The notes under the pieces: model-generated | Databases searched by the model: none | What the model was told of the DNA's origin: nothing | The model's input: only the letters and a program-made list of their open reading frames with translations | NCBI GenBank assembly: GCA_002728755.1 | Contig: PBVT01000123.1 | Location: forward strand, 538 to 64,537 | Direction: 5' to 3' | DNA from: Myxococcales bacterium | GTDB lineage: Bacteria; Myxococcota_A; UBA9042; UBA3505 | DNA: 64,000 bases | Shown here: in pieces, positions 29,079 through 41,252 of the stretch | How positions within the stretch are numbered: the stretch's first letter is position 1 | Layout: every line of letters begins with the position of its first letter | Position numbers and translations under genes: made by a program

Positions 29079-31406
29079 TTATTTCGCGCCAGCATCCTTG
29101 GCCTTTCGAATCCAGAAGTCCGGGATCTTCCATTGCGGCTGTAGCTTCTTGGCTCGCTGGAACTCCCGTAGCGCTTCCTGCGGCTTATTCGAATTCAAGA
29201 GTTTCGTACCACGACGCAGTGCGGCTCGTGATTCGACCTTTGGATCCGATGCCGGTTTTTCTGCGGCCTTCTTCTTGGCACGCTTCTTTTTCTTGGCCTT
29301 CTTTCGCGCTTCAGCACGAGCTTTCCGCTTTCGCTCTTTTGCCTGCCGACGCTTCTCGACCTGCTCCTCGTATTTTTCTTCCGCGCTCTTGATCTTACGA
29401 CCGAGATCCGCGTCATCACTACCCAGTTTGGCAGCCTTCAAATACAGGTCCAACGCTTTCTTATATTTGGATTTCCGGTAGGCGGCATTCCCTGCGTCCA
29501 CAGCGCTGCGGGCCTCCTCAAGAGCTTTGAGTCGCTCCTTCTCTGCCTTTACAGCTTCCGGATCACGGTAATCCTCATCATCGGTATCTTCCGCTGTGGT
29601 ATCGGCCGTCGTCGCCACATCACCCGCGGTAGCAACGACCTCCGCAGGAGCCTGCGTTTCCGCCGTATCGGCTGGCGCAGACGCCGTAGCCTCTACATCG
29701 GTAGATGAGGAAGCAACGTCGGCCACAACCGGATTATCAGAGGGCGGTTCCTCAACGACGGCCTTCTTCTTGCCCGTATCGCGCAGGAACAAGAATACAA
29801 CGGCTGCGAGTACGACGGCGACACCCGCAACAGCCATCATAAACCGCTTCGAGTCGCTCTTTACCCGGAAGTGGAAGCTCTGTTCCCCGTCATCATCGTC
29901 CCCGTCCGCGTGGTCAAACCAGGCAGAGAGGTCCTCGGACGGCGCTCGCTCAGAATCGGCAACAGGTTCCGGGTCCGGCTCGGGGCCAAAGCCATCCTTT
30001 CCATATATTTCCTCAGACGTTCCGGCTTCCTCCAGGCTCTCTGCATCCATCTCAAAGACTGGCATGGACTCGGGCGAGTCGGCCGGGATCCGGTATTGGT
30101 CAGTCTCCTGGTATTCTTTTTCCGGCGCAAACCACTCTGAAGGATCCTCATCGGGTGCGAGTCCCGGTTCGGCCTCTGGTTCCGGTTCGGGTTCCGGTTC
30201 GGGCTCGGGTTCCGGTTCGGGCTCGGGTTCCGGTTCGGGCTCGGGTTCCGGCTCGGGCTCGGGTTCCGGTTCGGGCTCGGGTTCCGGTTCGGGCTCGGGT
30301 TCCGGCTCGGGTTCGGGCTCGGGCTCCGGGTCAAATCCAAGCTCAGAATCCTCGGTATCATCAAAAGATTCGGGCTCAGGTGTAACACTGGTTCCCGTAT
30401 ATACCGCCGTCTCAATCGTCGGTTCCGCGGCCGGCTCTTCATAGGCTGGCTCGGGCTCTTCGATCGCTGCGGGCCCCGGGGGCATTCCCTGTGGCGTCCA
30501 GTCAAAATGACCGAGGTGGGACATTCGGAACGACTCCAGTCGTTCGAGGAGAGCTTCCGGCGACGCCATCCTTCGCGCTGGGGTCTTCGCCAGTAGTTCT
30601 GTAACCAGATCGTCAACGTCACTTACACCCGTTAAACCAGGTTTCGCGAGACGAAGGGGTAACGGCTTCTCATAGATCTGCCGTTTCATCGTTGTTCGCG
30701 GATTACTCGAGGAAAAGGGTGCTTTTCCTGTGAGCATGGTCAACAGCACGATCCCCAGACTGTAGAGATCCGACTGGATATTTCCCTCTTTGCCAGAGCA
30801 GAGCTCCGGCGACATGAACTCAGGACGACCCCAGAAGATTGGTCCTCGAAAACCAGTTGTATATCGGGGGAAGACATGGCGTCCCCCATAGCGAAGAATT
30901 CGTACGGATGTACCAGAACCGGAATCAGCCACCCAGATCGAATCGGTAGAAAGGTCATGATGGAAGACATCTTCGGCACCAGCGCTAACGAGCGCAAAGG
31001 TCACTTGATGAAGAATATCCAGGGCCGATTCAAGGCTTAGAGTACCCTTCTCGCGTATTGCCACAGACAAAGGAGTGAACCCCTCCAGCAACCATACGAG
31101 AACCACTTTACCGTCTTCGATGAGCAGATCGGCGAGAATGGGCACAGCGGCCACATCAGCACCAACAAGAGCACCTACATCATCTCGAACGGCTTGCAGC
31201 TCTTCTCCACCGGGTATCTCCGACACCGTCCAGACTTCTAGCAATACATTAGCATCCGCCTCTGTATCGAAAGCCGTCGCCGTATAGCCATAGCCGTCTT
31301 CAAACAGCGTACGTTGGTTCTGGAAACGTTCATCCATAGAGTTTCTTCCTATTGCCCGGTTCTCTAAGTCGATTGGATTGTAAGCCACACTACTGGCAAA
31401 CGGCAA
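29079..31406 (-). CDS. Membrane-anchored protein-kinase-like protein, probably a pseudokinase, with a (PE)27 spacer, one TM helix and a Lys-rich TPR-like C-terminal region
   Basis: Kinase subdomains are recognisable but degenerate: the G-loop [15 protein letters not shown] in place of [15 protein letters not shown] in place of HRDLKxxN, and no clean DFG. SPE and [15 protein letters not shown] are retained. After the kinase-like domain come (PE)x27, the TM helix [20 protein letters not shown], and a KR-rich tail with TPR-like helices. Confidence 0.8.
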   Translation of the reverse strand: MPFASSVAYNPIDLENRAIGRNSMDERFQNQRTLFEDGYGYTATAFDTEADANVLLEVWTVSEIPGGEELQAVRDDVGALVGADVAAVPILADLLIEDGKVVLVWLLEGFTPLSVAIREKGTLSLESALDILHQVTFALVSAGAEDVFHHDLSTDSIWVADSGSGTSVRILRYGGRHVFPRYTTGFRGPIFWGRPEFMSPELCSGKEGNIQSDLYSLGIVLLTMLTGKAPFSSSNPRTTMKRQIYEKPLPLRLAKPGLTGVSDVDDLVTELLAKTPARRMASPEALLERLESFRMSHLGHFDWTPQGMPPGPAAIEEPEPAYEEPAAEPTIETAVYTGTSVTPEPESFDDTEDSELGFDPEPEPEPEPEPEPEPEPEPEPEPEPEPEPEPEPEPEPEPEPEPEPEPEPEPEAEPGLAPDEDPSEWFAPEKEYQETDQYRIPADSPESMPVFEMDAESLEEAGTSEEIYGKDGFGPEPDPEPVADSERAPSEDLSAWFDHADGDDDDGEQSFHFRVKSDSKRFMMAVAGVAVVLAAVVFLFLRDTGKKKAVVEEPPSDNPVVADVASSSTDVEATASAPADTAETQAPAEVVATAGDVATTADTTAEDTDDEDYRDPEAVKAEKERLKALEEARSAVDAGNAAYRKSKYKKALDLYLKAAKLGSDDADLGRKIKSAEEKYEEQVEKRRQAKERKRKARAEARKKAKKKKRAKKKAAEKPASDPKVESRAALRRGTKLLNSNKPQEALREFQRAKKLQPQWKIPDFWIRKAKDAGAK
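30165..30330 (-). repeat. Perfect hexanucleotide tandem repeat (GGYTCS)n encoding about 27 Pro-Glu dipeptides
   Basis: The ggttccggttcgggctcg... units can be read directly in the sequence. The plus-strand track ORF 29596..30444 (a GSGSGS protein) is its antisense shadow. Confidence 0.9.
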
Positions 31407-31508
31407 GCCCCGGAGAAATTGCCGTTCGGAAAGGCATTTAAGATAGGCGCTTTCGCGCTCATACCGTGGGGCTGAAACCAGCGTACGGCAGAATCACGAG
31501 TGGGCGTC

Positions 31509-33053
31509 TTACAAAAACCATTCATATCGTAGAAACAACTCATCATTCTTATCGAATAATCCACCAAGAGTGTTGGGCTCCCCATCCATGATGCGTGCAC
31601 CTACAGCGAACGCGTGGCTCGGCCCAATCCGATATCGCAACTCAGCCATAGCGAGCCAATCGAACTCTTTCAGGCCAACCATGCCGCCCAACGACAGCTG
31701 CAAGGAACGGTCGTCCAGGAATCTCCATCGCAGGGAGCCAAAGATCTGCTCCCAATGATCATCGAGTACTAAAAGAGGGGTCTCCGGTGGATCGAGAAGA
31801 ATAAGCGAAGTCCCCTCGATAACCATGTCAAAGCTATCGCCTCGTATATAGTCCATGCCAGCGGTGGCTACGATAACCGGCGACTGTATCGCTTGGAAAT
31901 CCGTTGCATATAGGGTGCGCCGACTGAAGAACGCTACATCGGAACGAATTCCGATGGATCCCAGGCTGGTGCCCACGGAGATACCTGCCATATGCAACCG
32001 GCGATACCGACCAACAAGCAGGCTCGAAAGATCGGCACCATTCTCCTGCACGCGATCATACGCTTCTTTGAAATCCGGATCCGCGAGCAACTCCAGGAAT
32101 TGTGCAGAATCGAACCCGGTATTCAGGCTTCCGATCAGAACTGTAGCCAGGTCTTCATTGAACTCCATTTCTGGGAACCGGTCGTACAGATACGCGTAGT
32201 AAAGCCCGAAATCGAACCCCTGAAGTCGAATATTTACAGCGGTCCCTACCTGCGCGTCCGTTATGGGGTGGGACGGCCTCTCTGTCGCCTGAAGCAAAGG
32301 CTGGGCAACATCCCATAGGCTGGGATCAAGGAAATCCGTAATCATCGGTAGGATCTGTGCGTAGACACCATCGGACAGAAGTCCCATCGGCGCTTGATCA
32401 CTCCCAAAGACATGAAAGCGATGGGGCTCAAATGTGGGCAGATAGGCCGCCTGGAACGACACCTTGGAATTCGCGCGCCAGTCCAAACGGAGCATGGGTG
32501 TAGGCACAGCAGGACTCTCCGTGCTGGCCGCGAGACCATCTCTGTAGTCGTAGGGATTTAGCACGTCCAGGGGTCGTCCAAAGTCCGTCTCGCCCCATGG
32601 CAGAACCTGATTTCCCAGACGTACGCTGAAGGCCTCTCGATTCCAACCGACGAAGAGATCCTGCAATTCCAGGGAGGAGCTCCACCGACCCAGCTCTCCA
32701 GTGAACGGTATATCCAACCCTTCGGACTGATGCTCCCGATAGTTGGTCCGTATCCGCCCCGATATCTTGGTAAAAACCCCTGGCCGGAGGTCTACCGAGC
32801 TCGAGATGTCAAAGCGGCCATACTGCTCAAAGACATCTTCATCGGCTTCGTGTTTCAGATCGTCACGAAGCTCTATCACAGCCCGGGTTGTGACTATAGA
32901 GGAGGGACGATACACCGTGGGAGGGGGCGTCGCGGACTCCTCTTCAATCTCCAACTCGAAATCGTCGTCCTCGTGCGCGCTCTGTGCCTGCACTGGCCCG
33001 ACAAGCCCTGCAACAAGGGCAATGACCACGGCTGCGGGAATCCAGGATTTCAT
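31509..33053 (-). CDS. Outer-membrane beta-barrel protein, DUF1302-like
   Basis: Signal peptide MKSWIPAAVVIALVAGLVGPVQA, alternating amphipathic beta-strand pattern, and the C-terminus ...LRYEWFL ending in an aromatic residue, as outer-membrane proteins do. Resembles the DUF1302 family. Confidence 0.65.
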   Translation of the reverse strand: MKSWIPAAVVIALVAGLVGPVQAQSAHEDDDFELEIEEESATPPPTVYRPSSIVTTRAVIELRDDLKHEADEDVFEQYGRFDISSSVDLRPGVFTKISGRIRTNYREHQSEGLDIPFTGELGRWSSSLELQDLFVGWNREAFSVRLGNQVLPWGETDFGRPLDVLNPYDYRDGLAASTESPAVPTPMLRLDWRANSKVSFQAAYLPTFEPHRFHVFGSDQAPMGLLSDGVYAQILPMITDFLDPSLWDVAQPLLQATERPSHPITDAQVGTAVNIRLQGFDFGLYYAYLYDRFPEMEFNEDLATVLIGSLNTGFDSAQFLELLADPDFKEAYDRVQENGADLSSLLVGRYRRLHMAGISVGTSLGSIGIRSDVAFFSRRTLYATDFQAIQSPVIVATAGMDYIRGDSFDMVIEGTSLILLDPPETPLLVLDDHWEQIFGSLRWRFLDDRSLQLSLGGMVGLKEFDWLAMAELRYRIGPSHAFAVGARIMDGEPNTLGGLFDKNDELFLRYEWFL

Positions 33054-33066
33054 CGGTGCGCTCCGC

Positions 33067-33864
33067 TTATCGCGCCAGAAGACTCGGATCGAAAAGATTA
33101 TCAGGAATATCCTTTTGTTCCTGAAGCGAACGCACTTCCATGACGGTCGATGTATTGGCTTGTACGTTCCTCATCCGAATCTTACTCGCATATGGCTTAC
33201 CATCACGCTTCTTTAGTTTTAACACGGATAAGATTTTCTGCAGCTTCTCCGCCCGATCATAGAATTCAATCTTCAACGGAAGGTAAAAGCTCTGATCAAC
33301 CCACATCACGATCTTACTATAGCCCCCAGTCTTTGCTTTGGGCACGACCTCTATGATCCATACGGGGCGTTTTTTCTTTCCCAGGGTCCCATCCGGCAGT
33401 TTACGCACCGCTCCCTCACGCAGATCTCCAAAATCCAGATCGGCATAACTGAAATCGGTTCCCATAAACCGCCCCTGTTTGGCGGCGCCACGGATGCGGC
33501 GTTTTCTGCGGAGCGCAGGGAGATACAGCCATTGTTCATCCTGCCCGTCTTTACTCTCCAAAGAGAGGAACTTCGTACCGGTTACATCTTTGGGTAGAAG
33601 AAATGTAATCAGAGCGCGGCGCATACCTCCCGGCCCTTTCTTATCTGCTTTGCTCTCCAACACCTGCTTCTTCACATAGCCGTTACGGTCGGTGACGTTT
33701 AGATGCACCTCTGCCACTCCGGTATCGAAACCAAACCGGTTTTCCTCAACCATACGGTCGACGATCTCCTGGGGCTCTTGCGCCATGGCGGACGGCACAA
33801 CGACGAGACCAGCACCAAAGGTACCGAGAGCGAGGAGAAGTATGGGAAAGTATCGGCGCATCAT
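33067..33864 (-). CDS. LolA-like outer-membrane lipoprotein-sorting-type protein (DUF1329-like partner of DUF1302)
   Basis: Signal peptide MMRRYFPILLLALGTFGAGLVVVPSAMA. A LolA-fold-like half-barrel pattern (WLYLP, FMGTDFSYADL). The first ATG, at 33915, would overlap the pyrG stop; the MMRRY start was preferred. Confidence 0.65.
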   Translation of the reverse strand: MMRRYFPILLLALGTFGAGLVVVPSAMAQEPQEIVDRMVEENRFGFDTGVAEVHLNVTDRNGYVKKQVLESKADKKGPGGMRRALITFLLPKDVTGTKFLSLESKDGQDEQWLYLPALRRKRRIRGAAKQGRFMGTDFSYADLDFGDLREGAVRKLPDGTLGKKKRPVWIIEVVPKAKTGGYSKIVMWVDQSFYLPLKIEFYDRAEKLQKILSVLKLKKRDGKPYASKIRMRNVQANTSTVMEVRSLQEQKDIPDNLFDPSLLAR

Positions 33865-33911
33865 GACTTTGCTCTGTTTCAACCGACGACCCTTCACAAA
33901 GATTTCTACGT

Positions 33912-35564
<1,653 letters not shown>

Positions 35565-35858
35565 TCAAACTATCGATGTGTCGCAAGCTCAATCGAAAGA
35601 GAGGTTTTTTGGCACGAATGGAATCGCTTCTATGGTATCGAAATCATAAAAAAACAACGAAAAAAGCTCGTTGACAGGACCCCCTGATCTCGTTTACCTT
35701 TTAGGTAGTGGTTATTGTCCGTTTGGGAGATCCGCGATTAATGACAGGGACAATGGGTGCAGCCAAGACTACCGACGAGTTACCCGAGCATGGGGAACCT
35801 GTCGGGTCCTATTCGTGTATTGACTACAGCCCTAGGCGGCTGTGTTGAAGGAGGGCAC

Positions 35859-36062
35859 ATGGAGCTTACTGGAGAACCAAAAGTACAGAAGAACGAACTC
35901 GACCAACTCCAGCAACAACATCGGAAACTAGACGCCGATGTAAATAGTATCACTGGCAATGTATATTTAACGGCCCAGGAACAATACGACCTGGCCCGAC
36001 TGAAAAAGCTCAAACTTGCAACAAAAGACCGAATCTCGAAGCTACAGCTCGAGGTTGGTTGA
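35859..36062 (+). CDS. DUF465 (YdcH-like) small protein
   Basis: MELTGEPKVQKNELDQLQQQHRKLDADVNSI...LTAQEQYDLARLKKLKLATKDRISKLQ matches the YdcH/DUF465 coiled-coil family. The upstream 34 codons of the track ORF are treated as an extension. Confidence 0.65.
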   Translation: MELTGEPKVQKNELDQLQQQHRKLDADVNSITGNVYLTAQEQYDLARLKKLKLATKDRISKLQLEVG

Positions 36063-36100
36063 GCGAACATCCGCTACCAACCCGGTAGCAACGTACGAAA

Positions 36101-36136
36101 GGGTGCGTCGGCCAAGCCGACTCACCCTTTTTTTTT
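36101..36136 (+). terminator. Rho-independent terminator, convergent between the DUF465 gene and tsaB
   Basis: GGGTGCGTCGGC-caa-GCCGACTCACCC followed by nine T residues (36128-36136). The tsaB stop codon lies inside the 3' arm. Confidence 0.65.
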
Positions 36137-36865
36137 GGCCTGGTCGAAGCCCAGGTCACGGTCCGTTCGTCGAATATAGCTTGGAAGGACACGCTTCAGA
36201 TTCTCATGGTCGAGCTTTTGCGCGGCAATTCGGGACCACCCAATCCGCGCAATGGTAACTGGGTCGACACTGTTGGCACAGTCGGAAATTTCCCCACCAG
36301 CCACTGCCCACGAATCACCGTAGAGCCCAACAGCGTCTCCGATAATCGTCACAGTTCCGCTCTTCAGACGTTCCTGAACCGCACCGGGCACCTTATCCGG
36401 TTTTTCAGTAGTCGCCGGCCCTTCCGGTTGGCTCGCACCAGGCGCAAACCATTGTAGATATACTTCGCCCCGTCGGGCATCCAAGGCCACAAGACGCCAG
36501 CTATCCGTAAGACCCGCGTCGTCAGCCTGCGCGATCGCGGCATCAAAGGTGTCAATCCCAACGATCGGCAACGCATGACCATAAGCGAGGCCTCGAGCGA
36601 CAGCCATACCAACACGAATACCAGTAAATGAGCCGGGACCAATACATACCGCAATCCCGCCCAATTCCGAGCATTCCAGCTGGGATTCCGTAAGCATGGA
36701 AGAGACCTGACTCAGGAGCACCTGACTCGGGCGCGGGCCACGATCGACCAGACACTGCCCCCATACACCGCGCTCGGGAGACCAGAGAACAGTCCCTCCG
36801 GGAGAGGCTACGGTAGTCAACCCCAGGACGCAGGTATCATTCTTTGTAGACGTATCGGTCTGCAT
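36122..36865 (-). CDS. tsaB: tRNA threonylcarbamoyladenosine biosynthesis protein TsaB (YeaZ)
   Basis: CIGPGSFTGIRVGMAVARGLA is the hallmark of YeaZ/TsaB. Start taken at MQTDTS; the first ATG, at 36880, would overlap rseP. Confidence 0.82.
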   Translation of the reverse strand: MQTDTSTKNDTCVLGLTTVASPGGTVLWSPERGVWGQCLVDRGPRPSQVLLSQVSSMLTESQLECSELGGIAVCIGPGSFTGIRVGMAVARGLAYGHALPIVGIDTFDAAIAQADDAGLTDSWRLVALDARRGEVYLQWFAPGASQPEGPATTEKPDKVPGAVQERLKSGTVTIIGDAVGLYGDSWAVAGGEISDCANSVDPVTIARIGWSRIAAQKLDHENLKRVLPSYIRRTDRDLGFDQAKKKG

Positions 36866-36869
36866 ATCC

Positions 36870-38747
36870 TCAACCGCCAAAAAATCCGGCTATCGACGAC
36901 CAATTCCGCTCAATATCGTTTTTGAACACCATAATCATCAACAATAAAACGAAGGTAAGTCCGACGTACGTGGCCGTTTGTCGGACACGCATGCTTATCG
37001 GTTTTCGTTGGATTGCTTCAACAAGAATAAACAGGATATGCCCACCATCGAGTACCGGTATGGGTAAAAGATTAATAAGACCCAGACTGATCGATAGGAC
37101 CGCCATAATCTGGAAGAAATACATCCAGCCCTGTTTCTCGGTCTGCTCGGCCAGGTTGTACACCATGATCGGGCCACCGACGTTTTCCTTGAAAGATATC
37201 TGGCCTGTAAACAGTCCCTTGATTCCCATCACCGTAAGGTAGATAGCTTCCACCGTATCGTTCATCATCACATGGCTGGCGTAATTCCATCGGTGGTTAT
37301 TCACGATACGCGCGGGCTCCGCTCGTTCCCAATAGGTATCCAGCCCCAGATAAATCACCTTCTCATTGGTCTTTATTGCGGTCTTTACTTCGCGTAGTCC
37401 CGGTGCCAGCTTCAGCTCCAACGACTCTCCATTACGCACAACACCTACGGTCATCGGCCCGGGTCCGGATTTTCCGGAGGAACCAGCCGCCGCAAGATCC
37501 ATAGCCCGCTGCGACAGGGGTTGAGCCATTCCAACAAACGACGCATATCGCTGGATTCGAGTTATTGGAGAGCCTTCGGCGATCGGAATCTGTAGATAAT
37601 CCAGTTGGTCTCCCGGCTGCAGGCCCGCCTTGGCGGCCGGGGAATCTGGCAGGATGGTCGAGATGACAAACTCTCCGGAACGTAATCCGGGGACGGTCCC
37701 TGACCCGATCGGGATCGAACGCTCCACCAGATCTTCCTTCGCAGGGTTCAACGAACAGCGCTGTGTTCGAATCAAAGCTGCAGGCGCATCGGATTGCCTC
37801 GTCATACCCACCTGAATGGCCTTATCAAGCATCGGGACACGACTGGTCAACCAACGCAATACGGGCCGGCGGCGTTCCAACGTCAGAGTGGCTGATTCAC
37901 CGACATGCTCTTGTATCCGGCGTTCCAATTGACCAAAGGTCTTGACCTCCCGTCCATCCATCGCCCGCACGCAGTCGCCATCTCGTAAGCCCGCTTGATA
38001 GGCCACACTGCCCGGAGCAACCGAAAGAACCGGCAGAGGATAGGACGTCCCTATTCCGATAATTCCTATCTCGCGATGGATCCCCAGACGACGCAGTTCC
38101 GGATCGACAACCCGGTCGGGGGTAAGCTCCACCGGACCACGACGCTGTCCATCACGTTCATAGGTTAACATCACCTTCTGCCCGGGCTTGGCGCGTATTT
38201 TTTCTCGGATCTCCCACCAATAATGTACGGGATCCCCATCGATGGCCACGATACGATCCGCCGCTTGTAGCCCCGCCACTCCAGCAGGACCTCCAGGGCG
38301 AACCGAACCAACCTCGGATGAGCGTAGGGTCTGGGTAGCAAACCCAACTCCAAAGAATAGAATAAACGGCAGGATCAGGTTGAATAGGGGGCCGCCAAAA
38401 ACAATGAGAAATCGGCGCCAGAGGGATTTGGCTGCAAAGGAATGCAGACGTACCTCCTCCAGAATGGTCTCACCCGGCTGATCCCCAAATAACTTCACAT
38501 AGCCGCCGAGAGGTACTATCGCGACCTGGTATTCTGTCGGGGCCAGAACGGCCCGTGCCTCATCGTCCGCCGCCTCCTGGACGGGGACTGGTTTCCCCTT
38601 CCACTTGAATATCGCGGGACCAAAACCGATCGAGAAAATCTCTACATGCACGCCGGTTAGACGGGCCATGACGTAGTGACCCAGCTCGTGAAAGAAGATC
38701 AATCCACCGATCATTAATATGAAGTACAAAAGCGTCATTGGTACCAA
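36870..38747 (-). CDS. rseP: RIP zinc metalloprotease, site-2 protease
   Basis: N-terminal HELGHYVMAR (HExxH) inside a TM helix, PDZ domains in the middle, and the C-terminal LDGG block. 625 aa. Confidence 0.92.
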   Translation of the reverse strand: MVPMTLLYFILMIGGLIFFHELGHYVMARLTGVHVEIFSIGFGPAIFKWKGKPVPVQEAADDEARAVLAPTEYQVAIVPLGGYVKLFGDQPGETILEEVRLHSFAAKSLWRRFLIVFGGPLFNLILPFILFFGVGFATQTLRSSEVGSVRPGGPAGVAGLQAADRIVAIDGDPVHYWWEIREKIRAKPGQKVMLTYERDGQRRGPVELTPDRVVDPELRRLGIHREIGIIGIGTSYPLPVLSVAPGSVAYQAGLRDGDCVRAMDGREVKTFGQLERRIQEHVGESATLTLERRRPVLRWLTSRVPMLDKAIQVGMTRQSDAPAALIRTQRCSLNPAKEDLVERSIPIGSGTVPGLRSGEFVISTILPDSPAAKAGLQPGDQLDYLQIPIAEGSPITRIQRYASFVGMAQPLSQRAMDLAAAGSSGKSGPGPMTVGVVRNGESLELKLAPGLREVKTAIKTNEKVIYLGLDTYWERAEPARIVNNHRWNYASHVMMNDTVEAIYLTVMGIKGLFTGQISFKENVGGPIMVYNLAEQTEKQGWMYFFQIMAVLSISLGLINLLPIPVLDGGHILFILVEAIQRKPISMRVRQTATYVGLTFVLLLMIMVFKNDIERNWSSIAGFFGG

Positions 38748-38928
38748 TGCTAGTGTAAATTCTGCTCAGGTCGCAATATCCGTCGAGTCGGCAAAGACTG
38801 CAAATACAAACGTACTAGAAAGAACACTTGTTTCCCTGGCCGCAAAACGATAGCCACCGGGCTGTGTCTAGTTTCGTAATCCGCGTCGCTGAGACGGTCT
38901 CTCTTTGCCTCACCAGGAGATCCCCATT

Positions 38929-39153
38929 ATGAGCACACCCGCAAAACCAATGCCTCCATGCCCGGTTTGCAAAAAAACAGCCATGACGAGAGAGAGTGCG
39001 GTCTTTCCCTTCTGTTCCAAGCGATGTGCAATGGTCGACCTGAGCCATTGGCTCGATGGTTCCTATCGGGTTCCCGGTCTCTCGGATATGTTCCATAGTC
39101 CGACACAGGAGACCTCCGATTTCGCAGCAAAACTCCCGGGAGAAGAGGTCTAA
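38929..39153 (+). CDS. yacG: DNA gyrase inhibitor YacG (zinc ribbon)
   Basis: CPVCKK...PFCSKRCAMVDLSHW zinc-ribbon signature. AGGAGA lies 8 nt before the ATG at 38929. Confidence 0.8.
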   Translation: MSTPAKPMPPCPVCKKTAMTRESAVFPFCSKRCAMVDLSHWLDGSYRVPGLSDMFHSPTQETSDFAAKLPGEEV

Positions 39154-39161
39154 TCCCAAGA

Positions 39162-41252
39162 ATGGCACCAAAAGAAACATACCCGACGGTTCGTCCCCGC
39201 CCACGTTGTTTTCAACGGATTGGAGCCCTTATCCTATGCCTCTGGCTAGCCTACGCCTGCGCATCTTGTGGCGCCGCCTCTACCATCTTCAGCCCGTGTC
39301 AGGTCGACGACTCCGCACAAAATGACAAGGGCTTAAAGCTACCGAAGATTGTCCGGCATACCACCAAGAATGGCATCACCGTATTCATTTTACAGGACAC
39401 ACGTGCCCCCATCTTTATGCAGCAGTTCTGGTTTCAGGTGGGCTCTGCAAACGAAGCCGAAAAGCGACCGGATCAAGACCACGGTACGACGGGTCTGAGC
39501 CATTTCTTCGAACATTTGATGTTCCGCGGAACCGAAAAGCATCCCGACTACTTTGATGCCATGAACCGGATGGGTGCCGAAGTCAACGCGTTCACCTGGT
39601 ATGACGAGACCGTGTATTGGGAAAAGCTTCCATCACGCTTCCTCGAAACCGCCGTGGAGATGGAAGCCGATCGTATCCGTAATCTGAAGATGGACTTCTT
39701 GAACTTTGAGCCCGAGCGGGAGGTCGTAAAAAGCGAGCGACTTCTTCGAACAGATAATAGTGTCTCGGGCAAAATCTCCGAACGAGTATCCAGCCTGGTC
39801 TTCCAGAAGAGCACCTATCGATGGCCCGTAGTCGGCTGGATGCGTGACCTGATCGCCATCACCATCAAGGAAGCAGAGGCCTATTACGCCGTTCATTATG
39901 TTCCTAACAATCTCTTCGCGGTCTTCGTCGGCGATGTGGATCCAGCACATGTGATTCAACTCGTAGAGACGCATCTTGGAGATCTGGAACCAGGGCCCCT
40001 CCCTGAACCGCCCGATCTGTCCGAACCCGAACAAACCCAGGAACGTCGAACCTCGATTCTGATGAATAATAAGACGGCGCAGGTGGAGATAGCCTATCCG
40101 ACCCCATCCGCCACCGACCCGGACTGGGCTACATTTGCTGTACTGGACACGATCCTATCCGATGGACGCTCCAGCCTTTTTGAACGCGATCTTATCTATG
40201 GGGATACCCCCATCGCCACTGGTGTTGGGACCTTCTTATTTCCACTTCGGGGCCGGTACCCCTACACCATCAACGTCCGAGGACTGCCCGGCACCACGGG
40301 CTTTGCTCTCGCAGAACGAATCCAGCACGTGCTGGACGGACTGATGGACAACCCCCCCTCGGACGCAGAGATACAACGTGCCGTGCGAAAGCTGCGCGGT
40401 AACCTGGTCCGCTATATGAAGAGTGTCTATGGTCGGGCCCAGACCGTCGGATTCTGGATCCGCGCAACGGGAGACCCCCTTCGACCGTTCAAGCTCCTTG
40501 AGGCGTATGGCAAGGTAACGTCGGAAGACCTGCAACGTCTTATACGCACACGGCTCTCACGGTCTAAAAGGACATGTGGCTTCGTGATCAGCCCCGATAC
40601 GGTGGAAGATCTTGCGGTCAAACTGAGTGCCAAAGACCCCAACACCAAAGATTCCGTACCAGCCATTCTCAAGCTGCTTTCCGCGGGGAGACGCCTGCAA
40701 GCCATGAAGCAGGAATACGCCATGGAAGACACGGCGATTCAACGCTTAAAAGAACGGGCCGTCACGGCGGCTGCCGTCTATACGAGTCAGAACGACACGA
40801 AAGCTCTCGAACAACTCGACAAATTCAATAAAACAGCTGAGAAGGGTCCAACCAAACGAGCCGAACGGCTGATGGTACTCCAAAAGCAGATTGCGACCAT
40901 CGACGGCAACACAAAGGTCGCCCTCGAACAATTCAAGGGGCGGTCGAAACTGCCTGACTGGATGCAGTGGATCGCCCACACCATCGAGTCGGGCTCCTAC
41001 CAGAACGCCCCTCCAACGATGACCGGTCCCATCGATCTGTTGATGGTGGCCTATACATTGAAGATCTATGACGGTCCTCTCGCCAACTGGATTTCCGCAG
41101 GGATCGCTCCGATGCAGGAGAGCCTGAAGGCGAAGACCTGTACGCCTTCGACCGCCTGTGATCCGGGTGAAATCGCCGAGCTCATTGCTCTCCTGGAAGC
41201 GTTACGTCCCATGGAGCCCGCCATGCTGACATCGGGAGGGAGCACACCATGA
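39162..41252 (+). CDS. M16-family zinc peptidase, active subunit
   Basis: HFFEHLMFRGTEKH inverted zincin (HxxEH) motif. The N-terminus carries a lipobox- or signal-like segment. Confidence 0.88.
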   Translation: MAPKETYPTVRPRPRCFQRIGALILCLWLAYACASCGAASTIFSPCQVDDSAQNDKGLKLPKIVRHTTKNGITVFILQDTRAPIFMQQFWFQVGSANEAEKRPDQDHGTTGLSHFFEHLMFRGTEKHPDYFDAMNRMGAEVNAFTWYDETVYWEKLPSRFLETAVEMEADRIRNLKMDFLNFEPEREVVKSERLLRTDNSVSGKISERVSSLVFQKSTYRWPVVGWMRDLIAITIKEAEAYYAVHYVPNNLFAVFVGDVDPAHVIQLVETHLGDLEPGPLPEPPDLSEPEQTQERRTSILMNNKTAQVEIAYPTPSATDPDWATFAVLDTILSDGRSSLFERDLIYGDTPIATGVGTFLFPLRGRYPYTINVRGLPGTTGFALAERIQHVLDGLMDNPPSDAEIQRAVRKLRGNLVRYMKSVYGRAQTVGFWIRATGDPLRPFKLLEAYGKVTSEDLQRLIRTRLSRSKRTCGFVISPDTVEDLAVKLSAKDPNTKDSVPAILKLLSAGRRLQAMKQEYAMEDTAIQRLKERAVTAAAVYTSQNDTKALEQLDKFNKTAEKGPTKRAERLMVLQKQIATIDGNTKVALEQFKGRSKLPDWMQWIAHTIESGSYQNAPPTMTGPIDLLMVAYTLKIYDGPLANWISAGIAPMQESLKAKTCTPSTACDPGEIAELIALLEALRPMEPAMLTSGGSTP

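Noticed and set aside
30165-30330. Tandem repeat considered as a possible CRISPR or minisatellite
   Set aside because: The unit is 6 nt with no spacers. It is in frame within a long ORF and encodes Pro-Glu. It is a coding microsatellite, not CRISPR.
29596-30444. Plus-strand ORF encoding a (GS)n-rich protein
   Set aside because: It is the antisense reading of the (PE)n hexanucleotide repeat inside the pseudokinase gene and is not an independent gene.
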